The translations under genes and the position numbers were made by a program. A model generated the notes under the pieces. It searched no databases, was not told where the DNA came from, and worked only from the letters and a program-made list of their open reading frames with translations. DNA of 64,000 nucleotides from the NCBI GenBank assembly GCA_038087875.1, contig CM075988.1, positions 5,890,001 to 5,954,000 of the forward strand, given 5' to 3'. Shown one piece after another: positions 26,600 through 39,573 of the stretch (positions are counted from its first letter, which is position 1; each line of letters starts with the position of its first letter). Source of the stretch: Malacoraja senta (lineage: Eukaryota).

Positions 26600-28450
26600 A
26601 CAAAGAGTAGGAATAGGCTGCTTGGTTCTCCCAAGCCTGCCCCACCCCTCAATATAACCCTAGTTGATCTGTCCCCAGCCTCAATTCCTCTTCTGTGCTA
26701 TTTCCCCATAGCCCTGAATTACCTGTTTTTTAAAAAATAATGTTTAACTCTTTGAGTATCTCCATTGATCTAGCCTTCATAAACTTCCTGGGAAGAGAAT
26801 TTCATTGATTCACCACCCACTGAGAGATGAAGCTCATACATACCACAGCTTTAACTGACCACCACCTTCTCTTATAACTATGTCCGTGTTGGCGATTCAC
26901 CCACTCGTGGAAACATTTCAACATCTACCTTGTCATGCCCGTTTGGATCTTGTATATGTCAATGAGGTCTCACCCTCATTCTTCTAAAATCCAACGTCTT
27001 TAGTTACTCGTGATAAGACAGCTCTCTCATCTCAGGAATTCAACCAATGAATACATCTTGGGCTTCTTCATTCTTCATAAGAATATATTCATTCTTAAAT
27101 GAGGGTACCAAAACTGCACAATACTCCAGGTGTGGACTCGCCAACATCTTGTACAATTGTAGCACACTTTCTTATTTCTAAATTCCCAACCCCCATGCTA
27201 TAAAAGACAATATGTCATGTGCCTTTCTAACTAATTGCTGCATCTGCCTGCTAACTAGTGGTCCATGCACAAAAGGACACCTAGATCCTTCTAAAATGTT
27301 CTTGTGTACTATTTGTTTCCATTTAAAAAAAATGTCTATCTTTAGCCTATCAGTAAGATTTTCTCTTACTGAAGTGATATTTTCACATTTCCCCACGTTA
27401 AGCCCATTTGCCAAGTTTTTACCTCACATTCATCCTATCTAAATCCTGCCAGTCTAATTTTCCTCACTGCAATGTGCCACCTGGCTATTTTAGTGTCATC
27501 AATAAAACAGGATAACGTGCTCTGCTCTCTCCTTCAGGTCATTATATAAATTATCAATAATTGAGTCCAATCCTCGGGATACAATACTTGTTGCATCCTT
27601 TTAGCTGAAAAAAGAACACGAATAACACAACTGGCGCAGCTTGTAGAGATTCTGCCACACAGTGCCAGAGACCCGAGGTCAATCCTGACCTTGTGTTCTA
27701 TCTGTGTGGAGTTTGCATGTTCTCCTTATGCCTGCATCTGTTTCCTCGGGTGCTCCAATTTCCTACCAAGTCCCAAAGACGTATGAGCTTGTGGGTTAAT
27801 TGACTTCTGTAAACTGTCCCATAGTTTGTGAGAAAGTGGGATAACGTAGAACTAGTGTGATCGATGGTCAGCGTGAACTCAGTGAGCTGAAGGGCCTGTT
27901 TCCATGCTGTAGCTCTAAACTAAACATTTATTCTAATACGCTGCTTTCTATGTGATAACCAGTGTTCAATCCATGCTGACACACTTTCCCCAAATACCTT
28001 GTGATCTTGTGCATCAGCTATTCATCTGGCACTTGTAAAATGCCTTCAGGAAATCTAAACGCACTGTATATTCAAGTTCCCCTCTTTCAATTGCTTGTTA
28101 CATCCTCAAAGAATCAAACATGATTTATTTTTCAATAAGTTATGTTCATTTGGTTTGATTACATTAAGCTTCTCTAAATCTCCAGTTTCTTTCTTGATTG
28201 TAGACTCCAGTATCTTGCCAACTGTAAATACTAAACTAAAGACTTAAAGCTTGTTGCTTTTTCAATCCTTCCCTTGTTGAACAAGCAAATTACATTTTAT
28301 GCTTTTCTCATTCATTGATACTTTCTTGGAACTTGCTCTGTTGTGATAAACCTCAACTAACAGTTCCATTATTTCTGCTGCCAGTTCCTTTGAGATCGTT
28401 AGGTGGAAGACATCAGGAACTATTGACATGTCTGCCTTTGGACCCATTAG
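26600..28450 (-). mobile_element. Old fragmented CR1-type LINE
   Basis: NVGKCE, KAHDILSFIA, CCACACCTGGAGTAT on - strand. Confidence 0.5.
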
Positions 28451-29063
28451 ATTTTCTTATACTTTGTCTTCCATGATCTGGATTGTTACGTTATTCAATG
28501 TGATTTGAAATTAGTCCAACTCAAGAAAACATGGAGCACAGTTTGCATAAATACCAAACTACGTGAAAAGCAAACATCCCTTGAGTTGCATACAAGAAGT
28601 CTGTTTGAACACCAGTATGCCTCCAAAACAAAGCCACAACTGTACGCATGAAGTTTAGTTTAGAGATATAGCTTGGAAATAGGCCCTTCTGCTCACCAAC
28701 TCCCACCTCAACTGTCATCACCCATTCACACCAGTTCTATGTTATCCCACTTCCTCATCCACTCCCTATATATTAGCAGCAATTTTTACATGCCAGTTCA
28801 CCTACAAACCCGCATGTCTATGGGATGTGGGAGGAAAGTAGTACAGGGAGAGCATGCAAACTCCACACAGACAGCACCTGAGGCTGGGATCTAACCTAGG
28901 TCTCTGGTGCTGAGAGAGCACCTTTACTAGCTGCCCAATTGTGACATTCTGTGACAAAAAAAATCATTGTGTACACTAAGGTGTAGGTGCAATAGCCTTT
29001 GGAAAGCGAACTACTTCCCAAGTAAAAGTTTTTTTTTTAATCACTCTGTTCATTTCTTCACAG

Positions 29064-29242
29064 ATTACCACACTGTTGCTCAGGGATATGGTGGTACAGG
29101 CTTTTTACTGAACCAGGAGAATGAAGAAGGAATGGATGATCTAATAAAAGCGGCTCAGGAGGAGTGTCGGAATGGGAATCCGACCCTTATAAATGTCCTA
29201 ATAGGAAAAACAAACTTCAGGGAAGGTTCCATCTCTGTGTGA
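29064..29242 (+). CDS. ILVBL: ILVBL terminal coding exon: DYHTVAQGYGGTGFLLNQENEEGMDDLIKAAQEECRNGNPTLINVLIGKTNFREGSISV*
   Basis: cacag acceptor; C-terminus N.LIG.T.FR.GSI.V* typical of ILVBL. Confidence 0.96.
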
Positions 29243-32200
29243 TAACAAGTTCCATGTGGATCACGGGTTTGATGTTTCACGTGTGCCTTGCCTCATTATA
29301 TTCTCACCCTCCTGGGTATAAATACATAGAAAGCAAAGTGAAAAAATTTAGAATCATGCAATAACATTCAATGCAAAGAGTACTTTATATATAATTTACC
29401 AAATCAAAGACTAATTACACTAATGACCACTAGATCTTTTTGGAAAAAAAAATCATTGCAAATTTTATGAATTTTTAGATTTAATATCTTAATTTTCCTA
29501 TAAATTCCTGTGCAGTTTGGAACTGTTCATCAATAGTGGCTCCGTTTACATAGTCTTAAAGGTTCGGGAAGACTTTCTGTGGTGGTACAGTGGTTTTTGT
29601 AGACAGTGAGTAGACTAAATGATCCTAAGGTCGTACATAATTGAAGCGAGTTGCAAAAAGAAAACCAAGGATTTTGGTTTCTATTTCTGTGGAGGCCAGA
29701 CACTGACAATACCACTGTCCATGGTAACGTAATCAAACTTAGGAACTGGCTGTTGAATTGTAGGCAGCCGTGCCATTTTTTCTGTGGGATTTTCTGATTT
29801 AGCATTACTGAAGATTTAATCCCTATGGTTCATTATACTTGCAAACTTGATTCTACAGCTGGAGGTCTTATTAAAATGTCTTTCTCTGCCTCCCCCTCCA
29901 TTCTTTCACGTTAATTTTCAAGCAGATCCCCTTTTGAATGAAGTAAAATGACTTTCATTAATGACTTGGTCTGTCTAATATCCAAACATTTCCTGGACAA
30001 GGTACAATATTGGAAGCATCTGGAGTTTGTCAGGAGGCTCGTCAGAATGTATGCAGGACATGGTTATATTCTATTATTCCTGCTTCTGCTTTGGAAGGCT
30101 TTGTGAGATGTACGGGGTCTGAGGGCCAGAATATAACTTGCACCACTTCTGCGTTGATTCTCTCACTCACGATCAGATGTGCAACCATGGGATTTTAAGA
30201 GCTTGATACACAAGTAGTTAGAAAATGGAATCGCAATGCCAAAGTTTCCAAGGACGGAGCACCTAATTCCCACTATAAGCCAATTTGAGGATTGAGGGTT
30301 CTGGCAGCTTTATCGTGGTTGCAGATGCTTGCGTGTTAACTTGCACTTGAGCATCCATGCAGGTGTTCCAAAGGTGACTAGATATGTCAACAACTGATAT
30401 ACAATTTCAGTCCCAAAATATTCCATGTTCAACATTCCCTTCAACCAATGGAGAGTAGAACTATATTAATGGTTGTAATAATTATAAATTCTTATTCCTG
30501 TTGTGATTGTCATTTTTTTCCTTTGTACCGTTTCTATAGCTTTAATACCCTTTCAGTACAGCGCTGTTTGCCACCAATTGCCAGCATAAAGTTGTGATAA
30601 TTTATGTTTGATGTCTCATGGTCTAAACTCAAATTTGTCTTTTGGTATACATTTAAGATCTCTGTGTTTGAACTCCAGTTTCCTGGTTATTCCTGATCTC
30701 AAAATTATTTTGGGAAAATAAAACTTCAGGGAAAGTTCCCCCTTTTGACACACTTTTCTCCCATAAATAAATGCATTTGATTTTCAGGCACTGGGCACAG
30801 CTGGCAAGACCATCTCTAATTGTCCATTGAACCGATGTCCATTCTAGGCCTTCTTACAATGAACCATTCTACATTTCCTATATCATCGTCTGCTTTGATC
30901 TGTCATTTTCAAACCTTATCCTTCCATATCTCTAGTTTTCCTCCCCCCCCCCCACCCCCCCCCCCCGACTCTCATTCTGAAGAAAGGTCTCAAACCGAAA
31001 CGTCACCCATTTTCCTGTCCCACTGAGTTACTCCAGCATTTTGTGTACACCTTAGTCCATTTTAGTTGGCATTTAATAATCAACCACATTGCTGTGAGTG
31101 AGCTTGCATACAGACCTAACTGGTAAGGACAGCTCATCTTTTCCCTGAGAGACATTGGTGAATCAAATGTTTCTTGTTTCCAACTTTCTGATTGTTTTCT
31201 ATTGTTGCTATAACCAACTATTTTATAATTGAAATTCTTAACTGAATTTAAATCCCCCCCCCCCCCCCCCCCCCCCCACACACACACACAGCTATCATGG
31301 ATTTCTGATCAGTTCTCTGGATTGTTAGTTCAGTTCTCTGAGTTACTTGTCACATTACTTAACATTCATCTACCACAATACCTGTGCCTCGGCATCAATC
31401 GGTACATGGTCAATCTGTTCATAGACTCTTCAGAGTCATACAACATGGAAACAGGCCCTTTGACCAAACCCGTCCATGCTGGCCCATCTAAGCCAGTCGT
31501 ATTTGTCTGCGTTTGACCCATATCCCTCTTAACCGATTCTATCCATGTACCTGTCCAAATGTCTTTTAAATATTGTTATTATACCTGCCTCAACCACTTC
31601 CTCCTCTGGCTCGTTGCATATATCCAATGTCCTCTGCGTGGAAAAGGTCCTCTCAGGTTCCTATTAAATCTTTCCCCTCGCCTTAAACCTATGCCCTCTA
31701 GTTCTGGAAGAACTTGGGAAAAATAAATGTTTCTTGTTTATGCCCCTCGTGAATCTATACTCTGCTATACAATCGCCTCTCGTTCTCCTATCTCCAAGGA
31801 ATATCGTTTCCCTATAACTCAGTCCCATGAGTCCTGCCATCAAGTAAATCTTTTATGCTTTCTTTCCAGCTTAGTGGCATCTGTCCAATAGCAGGGTGAC
31901 CAAAACTGAACACAATGCTCAGGTCTGAAGGGTTCCCACCAGAAACATCCTACCCCTAGCTCTCCAGAAATGCTGCCTGACCCACTGAGTTGCTCCAGTA
32001 CTTAATGACTTTTTTTTAGTAGATCAGCATTGGCAATTCCCTGTATCTACAATTCTCCAACTTCTGCCTCGCCAACACCATGTACGACTAACATAACATC
32101 CCAAATTCCATACTCAATGGAGATGCAAGGAACTGCAGACATGGGAATCTTAAGTAGAGAACAAAGTGCTGGAGGAACCCAACAGGTCAGGCGTCAGGGA

Positions 32201-33885
32201 ATGAATAGGTGACGGGTTTCCACTACTTGAATTTGTTCTACTAAGTGGAAGTGAGATCCCTTGTGCTCACCAGCCTTAATCTAATGCAATCCCCTCTGTT
32301 TCAGTAGAGGTCAGCCGCTGTCAATGCCTCATTCAACAATGGAGCCAGGTTCCTTCAATCAAAGGAAGTCCCCAACCCCCTTGCCCCAGGGGCATTGTGA
32401 CTCAATGACTTTTACCATGTCTTGGCTCGTCCTGGTTTTCCATAAGCCTGAACTAATGCATAGATTCACCCGTGAAACCTTTGCAAGAACATCAACAAAG
32501 AGTGGGAAATTTGGTAAATGGCTTCCATGTGCAATATATTCACAAGGAGCCATGGTACATAGAAAAATGCATTACTTTTGAATCTCAAAATCAGTTGACT
32601 AGAACAGTAGGATCTTTTTTTTTTTAAGTCCATAAATATATAATAGGTGATTGTGAGCTGAGTTGTTCTACCTCCTTTTAATGGTAAATGCTGTGTTTTA
32701 GTATTGTACCTTTTACTGTATATTAAAATAGTTTAATTCAATCTTAGCCTCACTATGTAACTCATCATTTTAACTTCTGTACATCTTGTAGAATATCATG
32801 CTGTGATATGCTATTTTCACTAGTATGCCATCTCTCGACCTGCCAGAGGCAGATACATATTTTTGATTGGGATATTTTTGTGGTTTGTCCTATTTTAGTT
32901 CATTGTATCTCTTAAAACCTGCTTACTTATTTGCTGGACAAATGTTTTTTTGGTTACCTTTTGCTAACTTACTCGTGTTTTCTTTGCCCAGCTTGCTTGC
33001 CACTACACTACTCCCTCTCTACAGATTGTATTTGGCCTAGATCTTGCTTGATTAATTTAGCTGACATGCATTCTTCACTTTCTATTTCCCATCATATTTT
33101 CCACCTCTCTACTCTAAGGAGCTCGACCTTCGAACTTGAAGTTCTCGACCTTAATGTATCTGTACCAGAAGCAGTGTCCCAAAAGGTCACTCATTGATTT
33201 GTCACAGATCATATTTTATCCTATCTTTTATCCCATAGAAGTTAGCCTTCCAGTTTAGTTTGCATAGTTTCTCCACGTTGAACAAAATAGATATACACGG
33301 CAGTGGACAGTGTAAGGGTGGGAAGTACAGTATGACTTCACTAGATTGATTAAAAGACACAGCCTGGAAACGGGTCCTACACCCCACCGAGTTCACACTG
33401 ACCATCAATCATCTGCGCACTGGTTCTATGTCACCACACTTTTGCATCCACTCCCTGCACACTAGGGCCAACTAAGAGAACAAGTAAAAAAACATACTAG
33501 CACGAGAAAGACACAAAATGCTGGAGTAACTCAGTGGGTTGGGCAGCATCTTTGGAGAACATGGATGGAACATGGACGGGTGACATTTCGGGTCAGGAAC
33601 CCTTCTTCAGACTGATTGCAGGGATTTCATTTCACCCCAGGCAATCATCCCAAGCATCCCGACCCAAAACGTCACCTATCCATGTTTTCCAGGAATGCTG
33701 CCTGATCTGCTGAGGTATTGCAGCATTTTGTGTCTTTCCAGAGTAAACTAGCACCTGCAGTTCCTTGTCCTTTTACAAAATAGAATGGAAGAAGTAGTCT
33801 CCGTAGTAGGAATGTGTGCTCAGCCTTAATAAACTCCCTTATTTCAGAGAATGACTATGAACAGAGATAATGCAAATCGAGTTCC

Positions 33886-33891
33886 TTTATT
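33886..33891 (-). promoter_or_regulatory. Candidate polyadenylation signal (AATAAA) of the ENDOU-like gene
   Basis: TTTATT on + strand ~90 nt past the stop codon. Confidence 0.55.
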
Positions 33892-33981
33892 TCACATTGG
33901 ATTGTCTTGGAAGCACAATTCTGGCTCTGAATCGGCAGGAAGGCGTTTGTCCTCTCACGGTGTCAGAAAGTTGCTGGTTTC

Positions 33982-34096
33982 TCAAGGTGTAAGTGGGAAT
34001 ACTGATGCTATGTACTTCTTTCCATTTCCATATGTGGACTTGGTCCAGGTGTAGCTCTGAATGTTCATGAAGTTCCCACCAAGGCTCAGCTTGCAT
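33982..34096 (-). CDS. ENDOU-like terminal exon: CKLSLGGNFMNIQSYTWTKSTYGNGKKYIASVFPLTP*
   Basis: ccacag acceptor; YTW.KSTYGNGKKYIA as in vertebrate ENDOU; TGA at 33982-33984. Confidence 0.96.
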
Positions 34097-34589
34097 CTGT
34101 GGAAGTAACAGAAGAGAAAATAGTCGCTAAATAGTTCAGCTTTGATGGCCACCATTCCATTGGTTAGAGCGCAACAAAAGCTTTTCACTGTACCTTGGTA
34201 CACGTGACAATGAACTAAACGGAAACTGAAACCGCTTCACCTCCCTATAAGACCTAGGACACTCGCTGTTATTTCAGAGCTAGTCACTTAGCCTGAATAT
34301 AACTGACTGGTGATAATGCAGGAACCCCCTCTGCAGCACAGCCTAATCATAATATCAAGACTAGCTTTATGACTGAAAGACTTTGATGTGCATCTTTTGC
34401 CAATTTAGACTACTTTATACTTTAGAGCTACAGCATGGAAACAGGCCCCTTGGCCCAACGAGTCAGTGCCGAACAATGATCACTCCTTATATTAGCACTA
34501 TCCAACACACTAGGGATAATTTACAGAAGCCAATTAACCTACAAACCTGAGACTGACACAAAATGCTGGAGTAACTCAACGGGACAGGC

Positions 34590-34990
34590 AACATCACTTC
34601 AACTCTCCCTCCCATTCCCAATCTGACCTTTCAGTCCTGGGCCTCAACCATTGCCAGAGTGAGGCCCAGTGCAAATTGGAGCAACAGCACCTCATATTTT
34701 ACTTGGGTAGATTGCACCCCAACGGTATGAACGTTGACTTCTCTAACTTCAGATAGCCCTTGCTTTCTCTCTCCATCCCGTCCCCCTTCCCAGTTCTCCC
34801 ACGAGGCTTACTGTCTCCGCCTACATTCTTTCCTTGTCCTGCCCCTCCCCTGACATCAGTCTGAAGAAGGGTCTCGACCTGAAACTTTGCCAATTCCTTC
34901 TCTCCATAGATGCTGCCTCATCCGCTGAGTTATTCCGGCATTTTGTGTCTACCTTCGATTTACCAGCATCTGCAGTTCTTTCTTAAACAT
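34590..34990 (+). mobile_element. Penelope-like 3' fragment plus pLTR
   Basis: Nucleotide match to 19337-19730 (GACCTTTCAGTCCTGGGCCTC...CTGAAGAAGGGTCTCGACC). Confidence 0.8.
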
Positions 34991-35761
34991 CCCCTATCAC
35001 CATCACCCTTGCTGTGGAAGGATGTAAAACGCCCAGAAGCAGACTGTTTCCGCTCGTTATAAAAATGCTGGAAAAACTCAGCAGGTCAGGCTGCAACTGT
35101 GGGAAGAGAAACAGAGTTAATGTCTCACATCACAAACCCCTTGTCAGAATTGGGAGGGAGCCAAAAGAGGCTGGAGGAAAGAGGATATCTTTACTTGGAT
35201 AAAACCAGGATGAACATGGGAATTAGTGGTAAACTAGGTTATCACGTCGGCAAGTGAATGGAAGCAGTTAGGAGAGTGAGAACATAGACATAAAGAATGT
35301 AGGAGCTGCAAAATACAGAGCAGGAAGATGGGGAATAGAGGTCAGGCTAGACAAATCGACCACTCTCCCCATGGTCACCCCACTTTCACCCTATCAAAGA
35401 CATTCCTCTTCCCGCAGCTGAACAAGCCTCTTTTGTCTCCTTCCCAGTTCTGATGATGGGACTTTAACCCAAAACATTAACTCTGTTTTTCTTCCCGCAG
35501 TTGCGGGGACCTGCTGGGATTTTCCAGCACTTGTATTCGTACCTGGCCGAAACACTTGTGCTTCAGGGTGGTTTACGTCCTTCTACAACAAGGGTGATGG
35601 TTTAGATCTCTGATCAGGTGAAATTACCATCCTTCTCATAAACAGACATGGAACCAAAAGAGGCCATTCAGTCCATTGATCCCATGTTGGCTCTTTGAAA
35701 TGCCTATTTAAAAAATCAGTCCTAGTTCGGAGCCATGTTCTCTGAAAAAAGCTATCCAGGA

Positions 35762-36060
35762 GCGGCACAGTGGTGCTGAGGTAGAGTTGCTGCCTTGCAG
35801 CGCCAGAGACCCGGGTTCGATCCTGATTACTGGTGCTGTCTGTACGGAGTTTGTACATTCTCCCCATGACCACGTGGCTTTTCCCAGGTGCTCTAGTTTC
35901 CTCACACATTCCAAAGACATACATGTTTGTAGGCTAATTGGCATGGTAAAGATTGTAAATTGTCCCTAGTGTGTAGGATAGTGCTAGTGTACGGTGATCG
36001 GTGGTCAGCGTGGACACAGTGGGCGGAAGGGCCTGTTTCCGCGCAGTATCTCTAAAGTAA
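35762..36060 (+). mobile_element. tRNA-derived V-SINE (HE1-like). Other copies at ~3773-4030(+), 9220-9380(-), 12270-13070(-), 17235-17547(-), 27632-27925(+), 28655-28935(-), 38331-38942(+), 39720-40012(-), 48960-49258(-), 49705-49865(-), 52615-53075(-), 54720-55020(-), 57270-57565(+)
   Basis: Pol III A-box (TGGCGCAGCGG-like) and B-box (GGTTCGATCC), central GGGTTTTCTCCGGGTGCTCCGGTTTCCTCCCAC domain, CR1-like 3' tail GGGCCGAAGGGCCTGTTTCC. Confidence 0.85.
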
Positions 36061-36311
36061 ACTTATTTCAGATATTTACCAATTTCCATTTTTAAGCTGA
36101 TTACTGAAGAAATGCTAAGAACTTGGTGTCTCAATGTTTTCTGCCTCTGACCCTCAGCTTAATTTTGTCTCACATGATGATCACACTTTCTGACAATAGA
36201 ACCAATTTGTCCTTATTTGACCTATTTCCATAGATAAATTCCATTTGCATGTAAATTGGAAAATGAGACATAACTCAGATATCCACCGAGGAATTGTCAA
36301 AACACACTTAC

Positions 36312-36454
36312 TGTTTATTAGGCCTGGCGATGAAGCAAAGAGTAAAAATGGCAAAATCAAACTCCGGACTGGAGCCAATGAACCCTGATCCAACTTGCTT
36401 GTAGTATCCGTTCCAGTTAAACTGCATTGCCAGCACGTCTGGGTAGTTGACCCA
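36312..36454 (-). CDS. ENDOU-like exon 9 with catalytic Lys: [47 protein letters not shown]
   Basis: tcacag/gtaagt; [17 protein letters not shown] signature. Confidence 0.96.
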
Positions 36455-36878
36455 CTGTGAAGATACGGTGAAATATCAAACCATTGCACCTCTGAGAAAA
36501 TGAAAACGGTAAAACCTTTCCCAGGGCAGAGAAAGTGTATAACATCATGAGAGGAATAGATCAGGTAGATGCACAGAGGACCAGAGGACCAGAGGACATG
36601 GGTTTAAGGTAAAAGGGGAATGCTTTAATAGGAATCTGAGGGGTAACTATTTCACACAAAGGGTGGTGAGTGAATGGAACAAGCTGCCAGAGGAGGTAGT
36701 TGAGGCAAGGGCTATCCTAATGTTTAAGAAATAGTTAGATAGGTACATGGCTATGACCGGTTTGGAGGAATTATTGTATGGGCCAAACACAGAGAGGTGG
36801 GACTGGTGTAGCTGGGACATGTTGGCCGGTTTTGGTAAGATGGGCCGAAGGGGCTGTTTCCATGCTGTATGACTCTAA

Positions 36879-37081
36879 AGGGCCTGTCCCACTTACGCAA
36901 TTTTTTTCGGTGACCTGTCGCGGGGAGACGCCTGTTTGGTGGTGAGTAGTCGCCCAAAGAGTCGAAACTTTTTCTGGTCGCCGCTGGATTGTCAACATGG
37001 TGAAAATTTTCGCCAACATGCTGCGACTATGACGGGGTGCCGGCAAGTCGCCGAAAAAATTGCGTGTGTGGGACAGGCCCT
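36879..37081. mobile_element. PIF/Harbinger-like MITE (partial copies at ~17129-17200, 53309-53470, 58297-58460)
   Basis: TIR AGGGCCTGTCCCACTTACGCAATTTTTT / AAAAAATTGCGTGTGTGGGACAGGCCCT flanked by TAA/TAA. Confidence 0.8.
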
Positions 37082-38522
37082 TAACTCAAAAAACAGAGGA
37101 TATAGATTTAGGGTGAGAAGGGAAAGATCTATTATGAAGCCAAGCGGCAACTTTTTAACACTTCTTTCTACAGCAACCCGAGAGCAGTCCCAAACTACTC
37201 TGTACCTCATCGGGGACCCTCAGACTTTTTTGATCGGACTTTGCTGGCTTTACCTTGCACTAAATGTTATTCCCTTATCATGTATCTGTACGCTGAATGG
37301 CTCGATTGTAATCATGTATTGTCTTCAACAGCTTTTCACTGTATCTCGGGACACATGACAATAAACTGAACTGAACATTTTAAGGGTGGTGGACATATGA
37401 AACCATGGGAATAAGGGGAGAATGAATTGGGATAAGTGTTGGGTGAATGTAAATGGGTGCTTGATGATTGCATAGACCTGGAGGGCTAAAGGGCCTATTT
37501 CCATGCTGTATGACTAAAGGGACTGATATCCGAATTAAAGAATGGGATAATGTTGATTTCCGGAAGAGGGAATATTTGCACCAACAAAAGGGAGACTATT
37601 AGCGGATGGGGGAGAGAGATTAACACAAAAATTAAAAGCATTCTGGAAAAGGGGTGTATTGGCAGCCCATGAGAAGACGGACCTTAGCACCTGACAAAAT
37701 AATACAGGAATGGCAAAACCGGGGAAAGGGGGAATATGAGCACTTCCGGATGCTCAGAGTAGACTCCGTTTAGAGGGATATGGGTCAAATGTGGGCAGGT
37801 GGGACTAGTTTAGATGGACATCTTGTTTGGGGTAGATAAGTTGAGCCAGAAGGTCTGTTTCTGTGCTGCATAACTCTTTGACGATCTTAAACTTCAATTA
37901 TCCCTTTGTCTCCACGCACACAGAGTGACCCGCTGAGATCCACAGAATTTGTATTTTGCTTCTGATACCAGCATCTGCAGTCTCTTGTGTCTCCATTTTT
38001 CCCAATGACTTTGGATTTAAAACTTTCTTTTCCACGTGAGGGGATTTTATTTTTGTGGCGGAAGAGCGATTAGGTTACTTCATCTAAAGATATTGAAGCA
38101 CTTGCAAACCTTAGGCCGGGGGCTTCGAGCTGTTGAAAGCACATCACCAATGTACACGTGAACAAAGGAAGGGAATGGATTGGATGTCATCATTGAAAGA
38201 GTTCAGATATCATGGAGGTTTGTGAGGCTAAAAGGGTTAACATTTTGAGGCAGAATCGAGGCCATGGAGCAATTAGAACACAAAATGAAAATGTTAAACC
38301 TCAGGTGTTTAGTGATGAGGAGATAAAGGGTGGCAAGGTGGCGCAGCGGTGGAGTTGCTGCCTTACAGCGCCAGAGACCCGGGTTCGGTCCTGACTACGA
38401 ATGCTGTCTGTACGTTCTCCCCGTGACCTCCGTGGGTTTTCTCCAGGAGCTCCAGTTTCCCCCCACACTCCAATGACGTACAGGTTTGTAGGTTAATTGG
38501 ATTCGGTAAAATTGTAAATTGT

Positions 38523-38838
38523 CATCATCGGCGGTCACTCGAAACGAGTACGACTGTCCTCTTGTGAGGACACCTGTGCTTGACTTTGTTTAACGTGGGG
38601 AGACTGGTGCACAGACAGCCACCTCATGGTCCTTGACAGATCTGGGTCAGGATCCAGTCAGCCACCATCCTCCGCCTGTTCCACCGTTAAGGTCTTGGTT
38701 GGATTGCTTTTTGTCAGGGACTTCCCTCTCGACCTTACCGCCATGGGTGGCCCTACCAGGAGCATAGCTCCGGACGGCATCGCTCTCAGGATCTCAGTAC
38801 CACACAAGCTTCTCCACCACGACAAGGTGACAATCCAC
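38523..38838 (-). mobile_element. 316-bp non-autonomous RTE-like element inserted in a V-SINE
   Basis: 9-bp TSD GTAAATTGT (38514-38522, 38839-38847); 5' end CACCTTGTCGTGGTGG...GAGCTATGCTCCTGGTAGGG resembles RTE 5' UTRs; (GAT)n-like 3' end. Confidence 0.65.
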
Positions 38839-39466
38839 GTAAATTGTGCTTAGTGTGTGTAAGGTAGTGTGAGTGTGCAGGGATCGCAGATTCGATGGGC
38901 CAAAGGGCCTGTTTCCGCGCTGTATCTCTAAGCTAAACTAAACATTCTTCAATGAGCAGAGGGTTACTGGATGTCTAGGACTTGATACCGGTTCATTTAT
39001 TGGATATATAGGAGGAGATGGTGAGAGGCTGGGGAAGGACTAGAATAGTCAGGCCTGGAGATAATAAGAACATCAGTCAGGATTTCACCGTAAATGACGC
39101 GGAGGAAGAGAAAGGAAATGTTACCGAAGTGGAATTGTGCCGATGCTGTTTATTCAGAAAGTGAAGGAAAGAGCTGCAGATGCTGCTTTAAATCGAAGGT
39201 AGACATAAAATGCCGGAGTAACTCAGCGGGACAGGCAGCATCTCTGGAGAGAAGGGTCTCGACCCGAAACGTCACCCATTCCTTCTCTCCGGAGATGCTG
39301 CCTGTCCCGCTGAGTTACTCCGGCATTTTGTGTCTACTGCCGTTTATACTGAGTTCATCTTCAGGAGACCACAGAGAACAGGGCCCCTGGAGAGTACTCT
39401 AACATTCCACGCATTCATAGCTCTCCACATACCTCAGTTCATGGCCATTTCCAATGGGGCACTCAC

Positions 39467-39573
39467 CGGGCCATTGTAGTTATAACTGTAATAGTTGAGT
39501 TCGTTGTTTTTCTCTGCCAAGTAAAACCGCACCCAGTTATGGAACCCAGACACCTTGCCTCGCTTCACTTCAC
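39467..39573 (-). CDS. ENDOU-like exon 8 with second catalytic His: [36 protein letters not shown]
   Basis: gaacag/gtgagt; GFHNW.RFY..EK signature. Confidence 0.96.

Noticed and set aside
35762..35830. tRNA-like sequences with A and B boxes
   Set aside because: These are SINE heads continuing into V-domain and LINE tail; no complete cloverleaf
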